A DNA stretch of 64,000 bases from Gemmatimonadaceae bacterium (GCA_044224875.1 JBGAJQ010000004.1:64001-128000), one strand, 5' to 3'; shown: positions 37,959 to 48,645, counted from the first letter of the stretch. Made by a program: numbers and translations. The notes: a model not told the origin generated them from the letters alone.

Positions 37959-38897
37959 CTACAACCAGGCGGCCTTCGTCGACTTGGCGCCGTAGAATTT
38001 GAGCTGCAACGGGTCCTTCGTAAGCGACACCTTCGTTCCCTTGACCGCCACGAACGTATCGAAGTGCGTGTCCTGGCCCGTCTCCAAGTCTTGCACGCCT
38101 TCGTCCTTCGCCGCGAGCCAATCGCGGAAGTTCTTCAACTTCCCGCCCGTTCCCTGGAATTCAGCGATTCGTCGAAAGAGCTTGGGAAAGCAGACGCCTC
38201 GCTCCTCCAGTACGGCTCGCGTCTTTGCTGGCACTCCGGTTCGCGTGGTATCGAGCCCCTGTGCCCACAGGCCGCGCTTGTGAACCCGCGCCGTCTTCAC
38301 CGCACGCTGAAGGGTGGCGCGCAGGTCGTAGAAGAGCGTTTCGTAAAAGAGCGGGTACGCATTCCCCGAGGCCAGCATGTCGTAGTTGAGGCTGCGGCGG
38401 AGTAGAACTGCGTCGAGGTGGAGGTGCGTTCCATCGGCGGCCGGCGCGGCACCCTGAAACGCGAAAGCCACCGGTCGCCCGTGAACCTCCAGGGAGCGCG
38501 AGAGGATGAACCCCAAGGCCCCATCGTTAGGTGCCGGAGGCCGCGCGGTCAGGTTGCCAGGAGGGGCGAAGGACACGGGCATGACGCGCGCGCGCGTGAG
38601 CAGGCGGTCGCGCTCAGTGTCGGCGAGTGGGCGCGGCTGGTGCGTGTTCCCGCCGCTGGCCTGAAAGTGCAGCTCCAAGGCGTCGATCCCCTCGAATCGC
38701 AGCTGCGTGGACTTGATCTGCGTCAGTCGATAGGGATGGCCCACCTGTTTCAACTGGTCCAGCAACTTGGGATTGTCAGGCTGGAAGTGCAGTGAGTCGC
38801 CGTCAGGCTGGAAACCCGTCACGCTCCCTTTCTTGTTCTTCCCCAACACGCGGTACCTGCCACGAATCAGCAGGAACCCCTTCGGCTTTGTCGGCAT
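37959..38897 (-). CDS. Staphylococcal nuclease (SNase)-like protein
   Basis: PDGDSLHF, LRFEGIDALELH, HGRPVAF, NYDMLASGNAY, AR..KRGLW; RBS GGAGG; no signal peptide. Confidence 0.78.
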   Translation of the reverse strand: MPTKPKGFLLIRGRYRVLGKNKKGSVTGFQPDGDSLHFQPDNPKLLDQLKQVGHPYRLTQIKSTQLRFEGIDALELHFQASGGNTHQPRPLADTERDRLLTRARVMPVSFAPPGNLTARPPAPNDGALGFILSRSLEVHGRPVAFAFQGAAPAADGTHLHLDAVLLRRSLNYDMLASGNAYPLFYETLFYDLRATLQRAVKTARVHKRGLWAQGLDTTRTGVPAKTRAVLEERGVCFPKLFRRIAEFQGTGGKLKNFRDWLAAKDEGVQDLETGQDTHFDTFVAVKGTKVSLTKDPLQLKFYGAKSTKAAWL

Positions 38898-39125
38898 CGA
38901 GACCTCCGGTCCGGACTACATCCATATTCCTTCACGGAGGCCCCCGACGCGCCAGAGTGGGGCGTCAGTGCCACACTCCCCGGCTGCTTCGCTCTCGCGC
39001 GTCTCGGAGCATCGACCGTCGACATCCCCATGGTCATCCGATGGAGTTCGGCTACGTTCTGCCATCAGCTCATCGCTCGTATGGTGGGACGAGGAGGCCA
39101 CCGCCCCATCGTAACCACGTCGCGC

Positions 39126-39608
39126 CTAACCGTCAGCTGCACCCGATGCCTGGCTGCGGGTCCTTCTTGAGAGCGTCGCCGTCAGCACGTGGTCGGGTCC
39201 GGCGTGAGATGACACCAAGGCTTCGAAGCGCCGCATGTCGGCGAGGAACATCGGCAACCACAAGGGGCTCCGTCCGTCATCGAGACCAATGCGTAGGTAC
39301 GGCAGGCCGAGCATCACACGAGTTGGACGGGCCCACTTCATCGCTGCCCACCTTACCCATTGATAGCTGCCGTTGATTGTATACCCGTTGAGGCCTTCCG
39401 CCGAGACCGTTACTCGCATCGACGTCCAGATCGAGGTGAGAACGGCCGCGAACGCCGCGGTGAAAGAGACAAGCGCGGCAGCCTTCCAAGGATGCTCCGC
39501 GATGCCAAAGTCGATTTGCGCGGCTACCACCGCGACGGGGAGCGTGCATCCGCAGATCGCCGCGAAGGCCGGCAGGAACCGGTGGTGGAAAGAGTCTCCT
39601 GAGGTCAT
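39126..39608 (-). CDS. Hypothetical membrane protein (two TM helices plus small soluble domain)
   Basis: Two hydrophobic segments then VTVSAEGL..VRW; no family recognised with certainty. Confidence 0.6.
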   Translation of the reverse strand: MTSGDSFHHRFLPAFAAICGCTLPVAVVAAQIDFGIAEHPWKAAALVSFTAAFAAVLTSIWTSMRVTVSAEGLNGYTINGSYQWVRWAAMKWARPTRVMLGLPYLRIGLDDGRSPLWLPMFLADMRRFEALVSSHAGPDHVLTATLSRRTRSQASGAADG

Positions 39609-39936
39609 GCGCGCCTCATCACGTGGTGTGCTCAATTTAGGCGGTTGGTCCCTCGCGCTCGACCTCACAACGCCAAACGGTAGGCGCGCGTTCGCCCGAT
39701 TCCTCGAGACCTGCGTTGCGCGGGCCCGACTGCCAACGCGCGTCGGCGCTGTCAGAAGGAACGTGCCGCCGACTCAGAATGTCTGAGGTATGCGTCGGAG
39801 CTGCCTGTGGCGTTGTCCCTTCGGCACCCCGCACCTACTCCTCGTCACCGTCTCCACTCACTCCATCCGTTGCCGTTGGGTGGTCGGCGAAGCATCGCCG
39901 ATCTTTGCGGCATTCTCACTCACCGCTGTCAGCGAA

Positions 39937-40896
39937 ATGCGACCGTCACTGACAATCCACCTGCTCTCGTGCTGCCTTGTGGCGTGGCCGCGCGTCGCAC
40001 CTGCCCAAAGCCCAGCGGAACCATCATCACCGCCGGCCGCCTATTCCGTGGGCGCGGCGTATGACTCCGCGCATGCTTGCCTCGTCGTGTTCGGCGGGTA
40101 CCTGGGCGGGCGATATGTCGGGGACACCTGGGAGTGGAATGGCGTCACCTGGAGGAGGAGTGCACTCGCTGGCCCCAGTGCGCGGAACAGTCCGGCACTC
40201 GTGTACGACGAACGGCGTGGCCGCGTCTTGCTGTTCGGTGGCGACGCCCGCCCGATCGGCGACCTCGGAGACACGTGGGAACGCGTCGGCGAGGCGTGGC
40301 GCCAGCTTCGAGTGCCGGGGCCACCGCCCCGTACCACGCACGTCATGGTCTACGACTCACGCCGGGATCGTGTGGTGCTTTTTGGCGGCGTGGCCGCGGG
40401 ACAGGGCTTGGGGGACACCTGGGAGTTCGATGGGGAGCGATGGTCGCAGGTTGCGGCTGACGGACCAACACCGCGTGGCTTGTATGCCATGGCGTACGAT
40501 GCCGCGCGTGGACGCACGGTGCTGTTCGGCGGAACGTCCGCGCCGCGACCAGACGCACCATCGCTGGGCGATACGTGGGAGTGGGATGGCCAGCATTGGA
40601 CGCAGATCGATGTGCCCGGCCCAAGCCCTCGCGATCATACCCAGATGGCGTACGATGCGGTGCGTCGTGTGATCGTACTGCATGGCGGCGGACTCGATGA
40701 ACAATCTTCCGAGACGTGGAAGTACGATGGACGTGCCTGGACTCGCGCCGATGTCTCCGGTCCGCCGCGACGCTACGCCAAAATGACCTTCGATCCGCGA
40801 ACACGTTCAATCTTGCTCTACGGCGGCTTTGCACGGGAACCATCGAACGAACTCTGGCGACTCGGAGACTCGTCGTGGCAGCGCATCTTCCCGTAG
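39937..40896 (+). CDS. Secreted kelch-repeat protein
   Basis: Signal peptide; six repeats of YDxxRxxxVLFGG..GDTWEWxGxxW. Confidence 0.9.
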   Translation: MRPSLTIHLLSCCLVAWPRVAPAQSPAEPSSPPAAYSVGAAYDSAHACLVVFGGYLGGRYVGDTWEWNGVTWRRSALAGPSARNSPALVYDERRGRVLLFGGDARPIGDLGDTWERVGEAWRQLRVPGPPPRTTHVMVYDSRRDRVVLFGGVAAGQGLGDTWEFDGERWSQVAADGPTPRGLYAMAYDAARGRTVLFGGTSAPRPDAPSLGDTWEWDGQHWTQIDVPGPSPRDHTQMAYDAVRRVIVLHGGGLDEQSSETWKYDGRAWTRADVSGPPRRYAKMTFDPRTRSILLYGGFAREPSNELWRLGDSSWQRIFP

Positions 40897-41158
40897 GTGG
40901 CCGTCAGTCAGGTCCTGCAGAGACCTGTCTCGTCGGTCGCGACATCAGGCTCCGGCAGCGCAGCAACAACACTCGTGTCTCCGTACGGGCTATCTGCGGA
41001 GGACGCACGACGACCTAGGGAGTTCCGTGTTCGCGACGGATCGTGCATCTTCCGGAACGCGACGACGGCTCAATCGCGCTTTGCCTCACACTCCTGGCGT
41101 TCAGCACAAAGCGCCATGGTGGCAGCGTCCGACGACGTCGCAAAATGACCTTCTGGGA

Positions 41159-43057
41159 ATGCGACAAATGCGACTCCTCCGCGCCCTTTTCCTCCTTCTC
41201 GTCCCAGCGGCGCCGCTTCGCGCCCAGGATGATGACGCCACCTTCATCAAGGCAAACTACACAAAACACATCTATCGAGTCGCCATGCGTGACGGGGTGA
41301 AGCTGCACACCATCGTATACACGCCGAAGGACGCGGCGCCGGATCGCGCGTACCCGATGATCATGGAGCGAACCTGCTATAGCATCGCGCCGTATGGAGC
41401 CCAGGACTATCCGGCCGCGTTAGGCCCAAATCGCTTCATGATGCGCGACAAGTACATCATGGTATACCAGGACGTGCGTGGTCGCTTCATGAGCGAAGGA
41501 AAGTGGATGAATGTTCGCCCGATCATCGATAACGCATCGGGGACCCAGACGGATGAAGCCACGGACACGTACGATACGATCGAGTGGTTGTTGAAGAACG
41601 TGCCGAACAACAACGGACGTGTGGGGCAGTGGGGGATTTCCTACCCCGGCTTCTTCACGACGGCGGGCATCCTGTCACGACATCCCGCGCTCAAGGCGGC
41701 CTCCCCGCAGGCGCCGGTGACGGATTTCTATTTCGAGGACTTCCACCACAACGGGGCCCTCACGCAAGGGTATTTCTATACCTATCCGGTGTTCGGTGTC
41801 GACCCGGCAGCTCCAACCGACCAGGCCTGGTTCGCGTCGCAGATGATCCGTGAGGGGCTTCCCAGCGACTACGACTTCCAATTGCGGCTGGGGGCGCTCA
41901 AGCACACCACGGAGAAGTACTACAAGGACAACTACTTCTGGCAGGAGTTGGTGGACCATCCCAACTACGATGCCCACTGGAAGGCACGAGCGATCGCCCC
42001 GCACCTGAACAACGTGACCACCGCGGTCATGACCGTGGGCGGGTGGTATGACGCCGAAGACCTGTATGGCCCGCTCAAGGTCTACAAGACCATCGAGCAG
42101 AAGAACCCCGGCATCTACAACACGCTGGTCATGGGGCCATTTCGGCATGGCGGATGGTCCGCGCAAAACGTGACGCACACGCTGCATGGTGACATTTACT
42201 TCGGTGACTCCCTGGAGACGAAGTTCCAACGCGACGTCGAGACCCCCTTCTTCCAGCACTTCCTCAAGGGAACGGGCGATGCCAACACCGGGCTTCCCGA
42301 GGCCTACATGTTCGACACCGGCAAGAAGACGTGGGAGCGCTTTGCCAAGTGGCCGGCTGATGATGCCCGGTGGCGACGCCTCGCCCTGCATGCCGGCGGC
42401 AAGCTCGTGCTCGACGGCACCCCGGACGCCGGCGCCGACAGCTACATCAGCGATCCCGCCAAGCCCGTCCCCGGACGTTGTGTGGGCCCCAGCATCGAGG
42501 GCTTCACCATGTACCAATACATGAGCGACGACCAGCGCTGCTTCAGCACCCGTCCCGACGTCCTCACCTACGAGACCGAGCCGCTGACCGAGGACGTCAC
42601 TCTTGGCGGGGAGATCCGCATCAAGCTGAAGGTGGCGACGACCGGGACCGACGCCGACTTCGTCGTCAAGCTCGTCGATGTCTACCCACCGGACGAGCCC
42701 GACCACCGCTACATGCCTAACGGGAACATCCACCTGGCCGGGTACCAACAGATGGTCCGCAGCGAAATCATGCGCGCCCGCTGGCGAAATGGGTTCGACA
42801 CGCCGAAGCCCATGGTGCCGGGCCAGCTGACGGAGGTGCCGATCGCCCTGCAGGACGTCCTCCATACGTTCAGGAAGGGGCATCGCATCGTCATACAGGT
42901 GCAGAGCTCGATGTTCCCGGTCTTCGACCGCAACCCGCAGACTTTCGTGCCGAACATCTTCACGGCCGACGACAAGGCGTTCCGGAAGGCCACGCAGACG
43001 GTCTATCGGAACAGCAGCATCGAGGTACAGGTCCTCCAGCCCAAGGTGGTACCGTAG
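41159..43057 (+). CDS. CocE/NonD family (alpha-amino acid ester hydrolase-like) hydrolase
   Basis: MRDGVKLHT, QDVRGRFMSEG, WGISYPGF nucleophile, GGWYDAEDLYG, GPFRHGGW; signal peptide. Confidence 0.93.
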   Translation: MRQMRLLRALFLLLVPAAPLRAQDDDATFIKANYTKHIYRVAMRDGVKLHTIVYTPKDAAPDRAYPMIMERTCYSIAPYGAQDYPAALGPNRFMMRDKYIMVYQDVRGRFMSEGKWMNVRPIIDNASGTQTDEATDTYDTIEWLLKNVPNNNGRVGQWGISYPGFFTTAGILSRHPALKAASPQAPVTDFYFEDFHHNGALTQGYFYTYPVFGVDPAAPTDQAWFASQMIREGLPSDYDFQLRLGALKHTTEKYYKDNYFWQELVDHPNYDAHWKARAIAPHLNNVTTAVMTVGGWYDAEDLYGPLKVYKTIEQKNPGIYNTLVMGPFRHGGWSAQNVTHTLHGDIYFGDSLETKFQRDVETPFFQHFLKGTGDANTGLPEAYMFDTGKKTWERFAKWPADDARWRRLALHAGGKLVLDGTPDAGADSYISDPAKPVPGRCVGPSIEGFTMYQYMSDDQRCFSTRPDVLTYETEPLTEDVTLGGEIRIKLKVATTGTDADFVVKLVDVYPPDEPDHRYMPNGNIHLAGYQQMVRSEIMRARWRNGFDTPKPMVPGQLTEVPIALQDVLHTFRKGHRIVIQVQSSMFPVFDRNPQTFVPNIFTADDKAFRKATQTVYRNSSIEVQVLQPKVVP

Positions 43058-43093
43058 TCATTCGCCGTCAGGCACGACACGCTCGAACTTTCC

Positions 43094-43639
43094 TTGGCAC
43101 CTAACGCTTCACCAGCTGTGGTGAGCGCGACCGTGGGTCGCGATCAGTTCAATGCCGCCGATCCGGCGCCGCTCTATACGATTGGCATCGGGGGTTCCGG
43201 CGATCAGCGCCTCGCGCAGACATTCACGGCCGGTCTCTCAGGACGGCTGGCTGCCGTCGCACTGCCAATCGGGTGCGAGGCGAGCGCGCGGGTCCGGATC
43301 GACATCCGAGAGATCGACCGTTCGGGAGGCCCTGGCTGGCCGCCCATTGCCACGACCATTGTTCCGGGCTCGATGTTCCCGCCGACCGTAGGCATCGGCA
43401 CGCCGTTCACGTCAGTGATGATTCCCGGCAATCGAACCATCGTCGCTCACGTGCGCTACACGATTGCCGTTGGGGCTGTCGGAAACTGTGCCATCGTCCC
43501 AGCCCTGGTTGGCGAGACCTATGGTCCCGGCGACTTCTACTTCAGGTACAATGGCATGAACGCATGGCTTCCAAACCGGCAGTTCGGGCCCACGCAGCCA
43601 TGGGATCTGCCGTTTGAGACGACGGTCGAGACTCCGTAG
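43094..43639 (+). CDS. Hypothetical beta-rich protein, N-terminus uncertain
   Basis: DQ..LAQTFTAGLSGRL..DLPFET pattern; no clear RBS or signal peptide. Confidence 0.5.
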   Translation: MAPNASPAVVSATVGRDQFNAADPAPLYTIGIGGSGDQRLAQTFTAGLSGRLAAVALPIGCEASARVRIDIREIDRSGGPGWPPIATTIVPGSMFPPTVGIGTPFTSVMIPGNRTIVAHVRYTIAVGAVGNCAIVPALVGETYGPGDFYFRYNGMNAWLPNRQFGPTQPWDLPFETTVETP

Positions 43640-43674
43640 CGTCCAGTCAACGATCGATCCTGTGGACGAGCCGT

Positions 43675-43704
43675 GGGGCGGCGTTTCGCGAGAGACGCCG
43701 CCCC
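43675..43704. terminator. 13-bp stem with GCGA (GNRA) tetraloop
   Basis: GGGGCGGCGTTTC-GCGA-GAGACGCCGCCCC with one G-U pair; no U-tract. Confidence 0.5.
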
Positions 43705-43797
43705 TCAAGGCCTCACCCCCTCAGCGACCGTGGAAGCGGTGGCCCCACTGACACGGAATTTCCGTTCTGACCGGTAACCGTTCAGACAGAGCTCGAC

Positions 43798-45525
43798 ATG
43801 GGTGCCCGTTCCCTCGTCGCCGTACTCCTACTGTGTACCATGCCAGTCAGCGCGCAGGGGCGCCCGGTCATTCGCCCTCGCGACACGTCGGTCCGCACCG
43901 GCCGCCCGGTGCTCGAGCGCGCTCAGCTCGGACGCGCGGTGTTTACGCCGGGAGACAACCTGCCGACCGTGGGAGCTGCCGACCTTCGCGTCTACGACCA
44001 GCTGCCAAGCGTGACATTGGCGTGGAAGTCCACCTCGGCCGCCGCCGGTTGGCGGTGGCAGGTCGCCGACCAGCCGTACAACGACCTAGCCACCCTTACC
44101 CCGGCTGGGCTCCTGGCGAGTGGGGAGGTGCAAGGTCCGTCGTTCCGGCTGGACTTCTCGAACTTCCCGCCGATCGGACGACGCCGACTGTCGCAGCCGT
44201 CCAACGCGCAGCGCGCGGGGCCGATGACGCTCTACGTGCGCATCGTCCCGGTTGGAAACGGAGCGGTCGCTGGCCCGCCGTCCAACACGGTCCTCGTCCA
44301 CTACACTCCCGGAGAACGTCCGCCTAACGTCGCGGGCGATTCCATCGCGGCGTCGGTCGCCGCGGAGGCCATGAAGCGGAAGAACACCGCAATCCTGGCG
44401 GCCATGTACCAAGTCTTCGACGTGCAATTGCTGTCCTTCACGCCCGCGGTGTTCCCCGACCCTAACAAGTGGGGGTGCGTATTCCTCGTGGCGAACCCGC
44501 TGTACGGCCAGGCAAGTCCCATCGGCGGGTACAAGCCAGGCATGGAGCACTGTGGCCAGCCCTACAAAGGCGCTGGCTATCACGCCAATTCACTCTGGGA
44601 CTACGCGGGTGGGTGGCTGTTCGCATATGAGGGGCTCGTTGGCGTGATCGACAACGTCAAGGTGTTCGTGGCCACGAAACTGTCGAGTGCGGTGCCCTGC
44701 GACCTCTTGCCCAAGTCCGCCGCCGAAGACTGCAAATCCGCCACACAGTCCGTCGCGTTGGCGGCCCTGTCGGCAGGCATCGCTGCAGCTGGCGTCCCGC
44801 CGTCGCTTCCGAGTCTCGCAGCCCTGCAGGACATGGCAAGAGGAGAAATCGCCGCCGCCGCCGTGGAGTTTACTTGCGCCGAGGTCGCCAAGCAGGGCGG
44901 TGAGTGCAGCGAGTCCCGGCGCATCCTCCTCGAACAGGCATTCCGCGCCGGGCTCGACCAGCTGCAACAACAACTCACCACGTCTGGGTCGGAGCCGGGG
45001 TGCGGGAATGCGGAGGAAGCGCACAAGAACGGACGGGAGATGCTGCCGTGTTTCAGCGGCTATCCCGGCGTGGTGGTGAAGCCGGCCGCGGGCACGGAGT
45101 ACGTACCACCGCACGCAGTGGTGCGCGTCACCAGACTCAGGCCCGATCCGGCCGCCGGGACACCAGCATGCCAGCTGCAACTCTCGATGCTCGTGAACAA
45201 TGACTTCACGGGCGGCAACCTGTCCGGCATCCAGGTGAAGCCCACATCCATGATGGGCTACCCGTTCGGCTCGGTGAAGGCGGGGGTGCCTGTCATCTCG
45301 GCCGGACAGTCGACCGACGTCACGCTGGTGATGAGCACGGTCAACCCTTTTGTCGTGCCAGGACATCTCGTGAAACCATCGAAGGGATGGTCCCAGGATT
45401 GGCTCGCGTTGTACCACGGCGGGAGCGCGCAGGTGAGCGTCGGACTCGCCACCACGCCTCCCAGTGCCACAGGGAGTGTGAGCTGTGCCGCGAAATCCGG
45501 CCAGCTCAACGCAGTGCTGCCCTGA
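43798..45525 (+). CDS. Secreted hypothetical protein with a Cys-containing helical core
   Basis: Signal peptide ..PVSA|QG; 575-aa ORF; ten Cys in the mature part; AGVPPSLPSL motif. Confidence 0.75.
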   Translation: MGARSLVAVLLLCTMPVSAQGRPVIRPRDTSVRTGRPVLERAQLGRAVFTPGDNLPTVGAADLRVYDQLPSVTLAWKSTSAAAGWRWQVADQPYNDLATLTPAGLLASGEVQGPSFRLDFSNFPPIGRRRLSQPSNAQRAGPMTLYVRIVPVGNGAVAGPPSNTVLVHYTPGERPPNVAGDSIAASVAAEAMKRKNTAILAAMYQVFDVQLLSFTPAVFPDPNKWGCVFLVANPLYGQASPIGGYKPGMEHCGQPYKGAGYHANSLWDYAGGWLFAYEGLVGVIDNVKVFVATKLSSAVPCDLLPKSAAEDCKSATQSVALAALSAGIAAAGVPPSLPSLAALQDMARGEIAAAAVEFTCAEVAKQGGECSESRRILLEQAFRAGLDQLQQQLTTSGSEPGCGNAEEAHKNGREMLPCFSGYPGVVVKPAAGTEYVPPHAVVRVTRLRPDPAAGTPACQLQLSMLVNNDFTGGNLSGIQVKPTSMMGYPFGSVKAGVPVISAGQSTDVTLVMSTVNPFVVPGHLVKPSKGWSQDWLALYHGGSAQVSVGLATTPPSATGSVSCAAKSGQLNAVLP

Positions 45526-45557
45526 GCTGCCGCCCCTGAACCCGAACCGGAGACCCA

Positions 45558-46082
45558 ATGACACACTCGATGCGCTCTCTCTTTGCCGGAACGGCCGCGC
45601 TCTCCCTACTCGCCTGTGGGGGCGGGTCGCCTAACGGGGCGCCCGCGTCGAAGGCGGTGCCCGCCGTCGCGGCGTCCGACTTCGATCCCTGTCAACTGCT
45701 GACAGCGGATGAGATTCAGTCGAGTCTCGCGTGGCGACCGGATTCCGCACGGGGTTCCGTGTACGGGACCACGGGCACATGCAACCACTTTGGGCCAGGT
45801 GGGATGTCACAACAGGTCACTGTGGTAGTTGGCCAGGGCATGCGCGCGATCGCGACGTCTGCGGACATGGCCACTTGGCGCAAAGAGCAGTACAAGGGCT
45901 ACGACGTCGGCGCGATCGTGGAGCCGATCGAGGGACTCGGCGTCCCCGCAATTCGGAATGAAGTGGCCGGGTTGGTCTCGATCGAGATGGTCGTGGCGGG
46001 AAAGTTGGTCTCCGTCGGTGCCATGTCGCCGCTCGACAAAGTGCGCAACCTGGCCGCCGTCGTGGTTTCCCGCGTTAAGTAG
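45558..46082 (+). CDS. Lipoprotein, DUF3558-like
   Basis: Lipobox LLAC; DPCQLLTADEI, GTC, IEGLGVPA; RBS GGAG. Confidence 0.75.
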   Translation: MTHSMRSLFAGTAALSLLACGGGSPNGAPASKAVPAVAASDFDPCQLLTADEIQSSLAWRPDSARGSVYGTTGTCNHFGPGGMSQQVTVVVGQGMRAIATSADMATWRKEQYKGYDVGAIVEPIEGLGVPAIRNEVAGLVSIEMVVAGKLVSVGAMSPLDKVRNLAAVVVSRVK

Positions 46083-46200
46083 GGCATTCGGCCGCGGACG
46101 CTGAAGGCTTGTTCAGTTCTAGACGCGCTCCTGCCAAATCCGTGGGAGGCCTCCCAGGTGTTGAGCCGCGTTTCCCCAGAGGAGTAGCGCGACTGTCGCC

Positions 46201-48645
46201 TCAGCCCCCTGACTTGTCTGACGCGCGCCCCGACGGCGGGCAGAGAGCAATTCCTGCCTTTCGGGCAAGTGCCTCGAAACGTGGGAGCGTTTTTAGCGGG
46301 TCAAAGAGCGGATCACAGCTGATTGACCAAGCCGCGAGTGTGGACTCGCGGGCCTCGAAGGCCTGTTCGAGCACAAGCATCGCCGCGTCCACTTCTCCGA
46401 ACGCGAGATGTACGATGACCTGCTCCATACGCGAACGAACACCACGTTGCAGGCGGTCAAACACCGCTCGCTCCCTGCGAGCGTCTGCGTCCCGTCCGGC
46501 GGCGCGATACGCCTGCAGCAAGAGCGAACGATTGAACGGGAACGACGGCTGCAGCTGCACGGCCTTCGTCAGCGCGGCGACCGCGGAGTCCGGCGATCCG
46601 CCGAACAGCTCGATGAGTCCGCGATTCTGCCACACGCCGATCGCGACAGAGTCGAGCGTGAGCGCGTGCCGCGTTTCAGCCAGTGCTTCGGCGCGCCGGT
46701 TCAGAAGATACAGGCCGTACTGGACGCCCGTCGCGGCGGCGACGTTCAGTGGGTCTAGCTCTGCAGCGCGACGCGTTGCTGCCAAGCCATCCTCGAGTCT
46801 GCCCACCAGGTAGTAGAGAAACGACGCGCTGACCCGCGCGTCGATGCTCGTTGCATTCAAGGCCAATGCTCTCTGGAACGCTTGCTCGGCCTCGCCGAAT
46901 CGCAGCTCGCTGAGGGCCGCGCTTCCCAGCGCAAGGTGGGCCTCACTGAGCGTTGAATCCAGCTCGAGTGCGCGCCGGGCGTGCGCGCGCGCGACGCTGA
47001 ACACCGAGTCCATTGCTACCGAGGTATCCAACATCGGCAGTCCGGCGAAGGCGATCGCCAGGGCCGCGTGGCCCCTCGCAAAGGCGCCATCACGCGTCAC
47101 GGCGGCGCGGTAGTACTCGATCGCCTTGCGCGAGTGATCGACCCCAAGGAGCGCTGTCTCGCGACGTCCCCGTAGGTACAAATCGTACGCTGAGAGGTCG
47201 CTCGTGCCACGCGGGGCGAAGTCTTTCGTTGTGGACTGGATTCCGGCAAGCAACGCGCCCGAGAGCTGCTCGACGACCACCGTGGCGATGCTGTCCTGAA
47301 TGTCAAAGACGTCGGACAGCGGTCCGTTGTAGCTGTGCGTCCAGCGCTCGTTGCCATTCGTCACGTCCACCAGGTAGACGTCCACGCGTAACGTGCTGCC
47401 AGCGCGTCGAACCTTGCCTTGGAGCACCGATCCGACGCTCAACGCCCGACCGACATCCTGCGGGGGACGTCCTCGCAGGGCAAAAGCGGACGATCGCGCG
47501 CGCACGCTGACGCCCGCTCTTTGCAACGCTGATGTCAACTCGTCTGCCATGCCGTCGGCGAAGAAGGCCATCGCAGTGTCGCCGCTGGCGTTTTCGAACG
47601 GCATCACCGCCACGGCGTCGTTGGATGCGACCGCAACCGGCCTCGTTCCTCGACTGCGTTGCCAGAAGGTAGCTCCCGCGGCCACCAGCAGTGTGAGGGC
47701 GACGAGAGCGGCGAGCCGAGCACGTCGACTGGTCGGCGGCTTCTGCGATTGCGCTGCGGACGTCGCGACCCCGGGAGCCGCGCCGTCCAGCACCTGAATG
47801 ACCTCAACGGCGCTCGCCGGTCGATCGTCAGGTCGTTTCGCCAACAACTGCATCACGAGGTTGGCGATCGGCGTGGGTAGCCCCGCGCGACGCTGGTCGA
47901 TCCGCTCTGGTGTCTCCGTCAGGTGCGCGGCCAGTACGCCTTGTGGTGAACGCCCAGCGTATGGGTGGACTCCGGCGAGCATTTCGTAGGCGACGCAACC
48001 GAGCGCATACAGGTCGGCACGATGGTCGATGGACGGATCAGCGGCCACTTGTTCCGGTGCCATGTATGCCGGCGTCCCCAATGCCACGCCTAACGAAGTC
48101 AAGGCAGCGGCGGTGGCCTCGGTCGGGGCAGGGACCGTCTCCGTTCGCGCGGTCACCACGGCCTTCGCGACACCGAAATCGGTGACGACGGCGTCGTGTT
48201 CGGTGAGCAGGATGTTCTCGGGCTTGATGTCTCGGTGCACGATGCCGCGCGCATGAGCGTAGGCGAGAGCGCTCGACACATCGCGGAGCATCGTGATCGC
48301 ATCCGACAGCGGGAGCGCCCCAACCCGCGAGATGCGCGTTCGCAGCGACTCGCCTTCGACGAGTGGCATCGTGTAGTACGGTACGCCCCCAGTCTCTCCT
48401 GCATTCAGCAGCGGAACGATGTGCGCGTGCTGGAGCCGAGAGACGACCTGTATTTCGCGTCGGAACCGCTCGACGGAGAAACCGGCGGCCATGTCCGGTG
48501 GCAGGAGCTTCACCACGACCGGTCTGGCCAGCGCCACGTCGCGCGCGACGAAAACGCGCGACATCCCCCCGCCACCAAGTTCGCGTTCGATGGTCAGCGT
48601 GGGGCCAAGCGAACGCTGGAGCTGCTCGCGAAGCTCGTCGGGCAT
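46201..48645 (-). CDS. Ser/Thr kinase with TM helix, TolB_N-like domain and TPRs
   Basis: ELGGGGMSRV, HRDIKPEN, DFGVAK, GTPAYMAPE; VAVMPFEN..FFADGMADEL. Confidence 0.95.
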   Translation of the reverse strand: MPDELREQLQRSLGPTLTIERELGGGGMSRVFVARDVALARPVVVKLLPPDMAAGFSVERFRREIQVVSRLQHAHIVPLLNAGETGGVPYYTMPLVEGESLRTRISRVGALPLSDAITMLRDVSSALAYAHARGIVHRDIKPENILLTEHDAVVTDFGVAKAVVTARTETVPAPTEATAAALTSLGVALGTPAYMAPEQVAADPSIDHRADLYALGCVAYEMLAGVHPYAGRSPQGVLAAHLTETPERIDQRRAGLPTPIANLVMQLLAKRPDDRPASAVEVIQVLDGAAPGVATSAAQSQKPPTSRRARLAALVALTLLVAAGATFWQRSRGTRPVAVASNDAVAVMPFENASGDTAMAFFADGMADELTSALQRAGVSVRARSSAFALRGRPPQDVGRALSVGSVLQGKVRRAGSTLRVDVYLVDVTNGNERWTHSYNGPLSDVFDIQDSIATVVVEQLSGALLAGIQSTTKDFAPRGTSDLSAYDLYLRGRRETALLGVDHSRKAIEYYRAAVTRDGAFARGHAALAIAFAGLPMLDTSVAMDSVFSVARAHARRALELDSTLSEAHLALGSAALSELRFGEAEQAFQRALALNATSIDARVSASFLYYLVGRLEDGLAATRRAAELDPLNVAAATGVQYGLYLLNRRAEALAETRHALTLDSVAIGVWQNRGLIELFGGSPDSAVAALTKAVQLQPSFPFNRSLLLQAYRAAGRDADARRERAVFDRLQRGVRSRMEQVIVHLAFGEVDAAMLVLEQAFEARESTLAAWSISCDPLFDPLKTLPRFEALARKAGIALCPPSGRASDKSGG

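Noticed and set aside
39124..39150. GCCTAAC-cgtcag-CTGCACCCGA as an integron attC left arm
   Set aside because: No complementary right arm ending in GTTRRRY nearby and no integrase; the heptamer is common throughout the window.
40829..41158. Long N-terminal extension of the CocE hydrolase ORF
   Set aside because: Low-complexity and overlaps the kelch gene; a signal peptide begins at 41159 or 41168.
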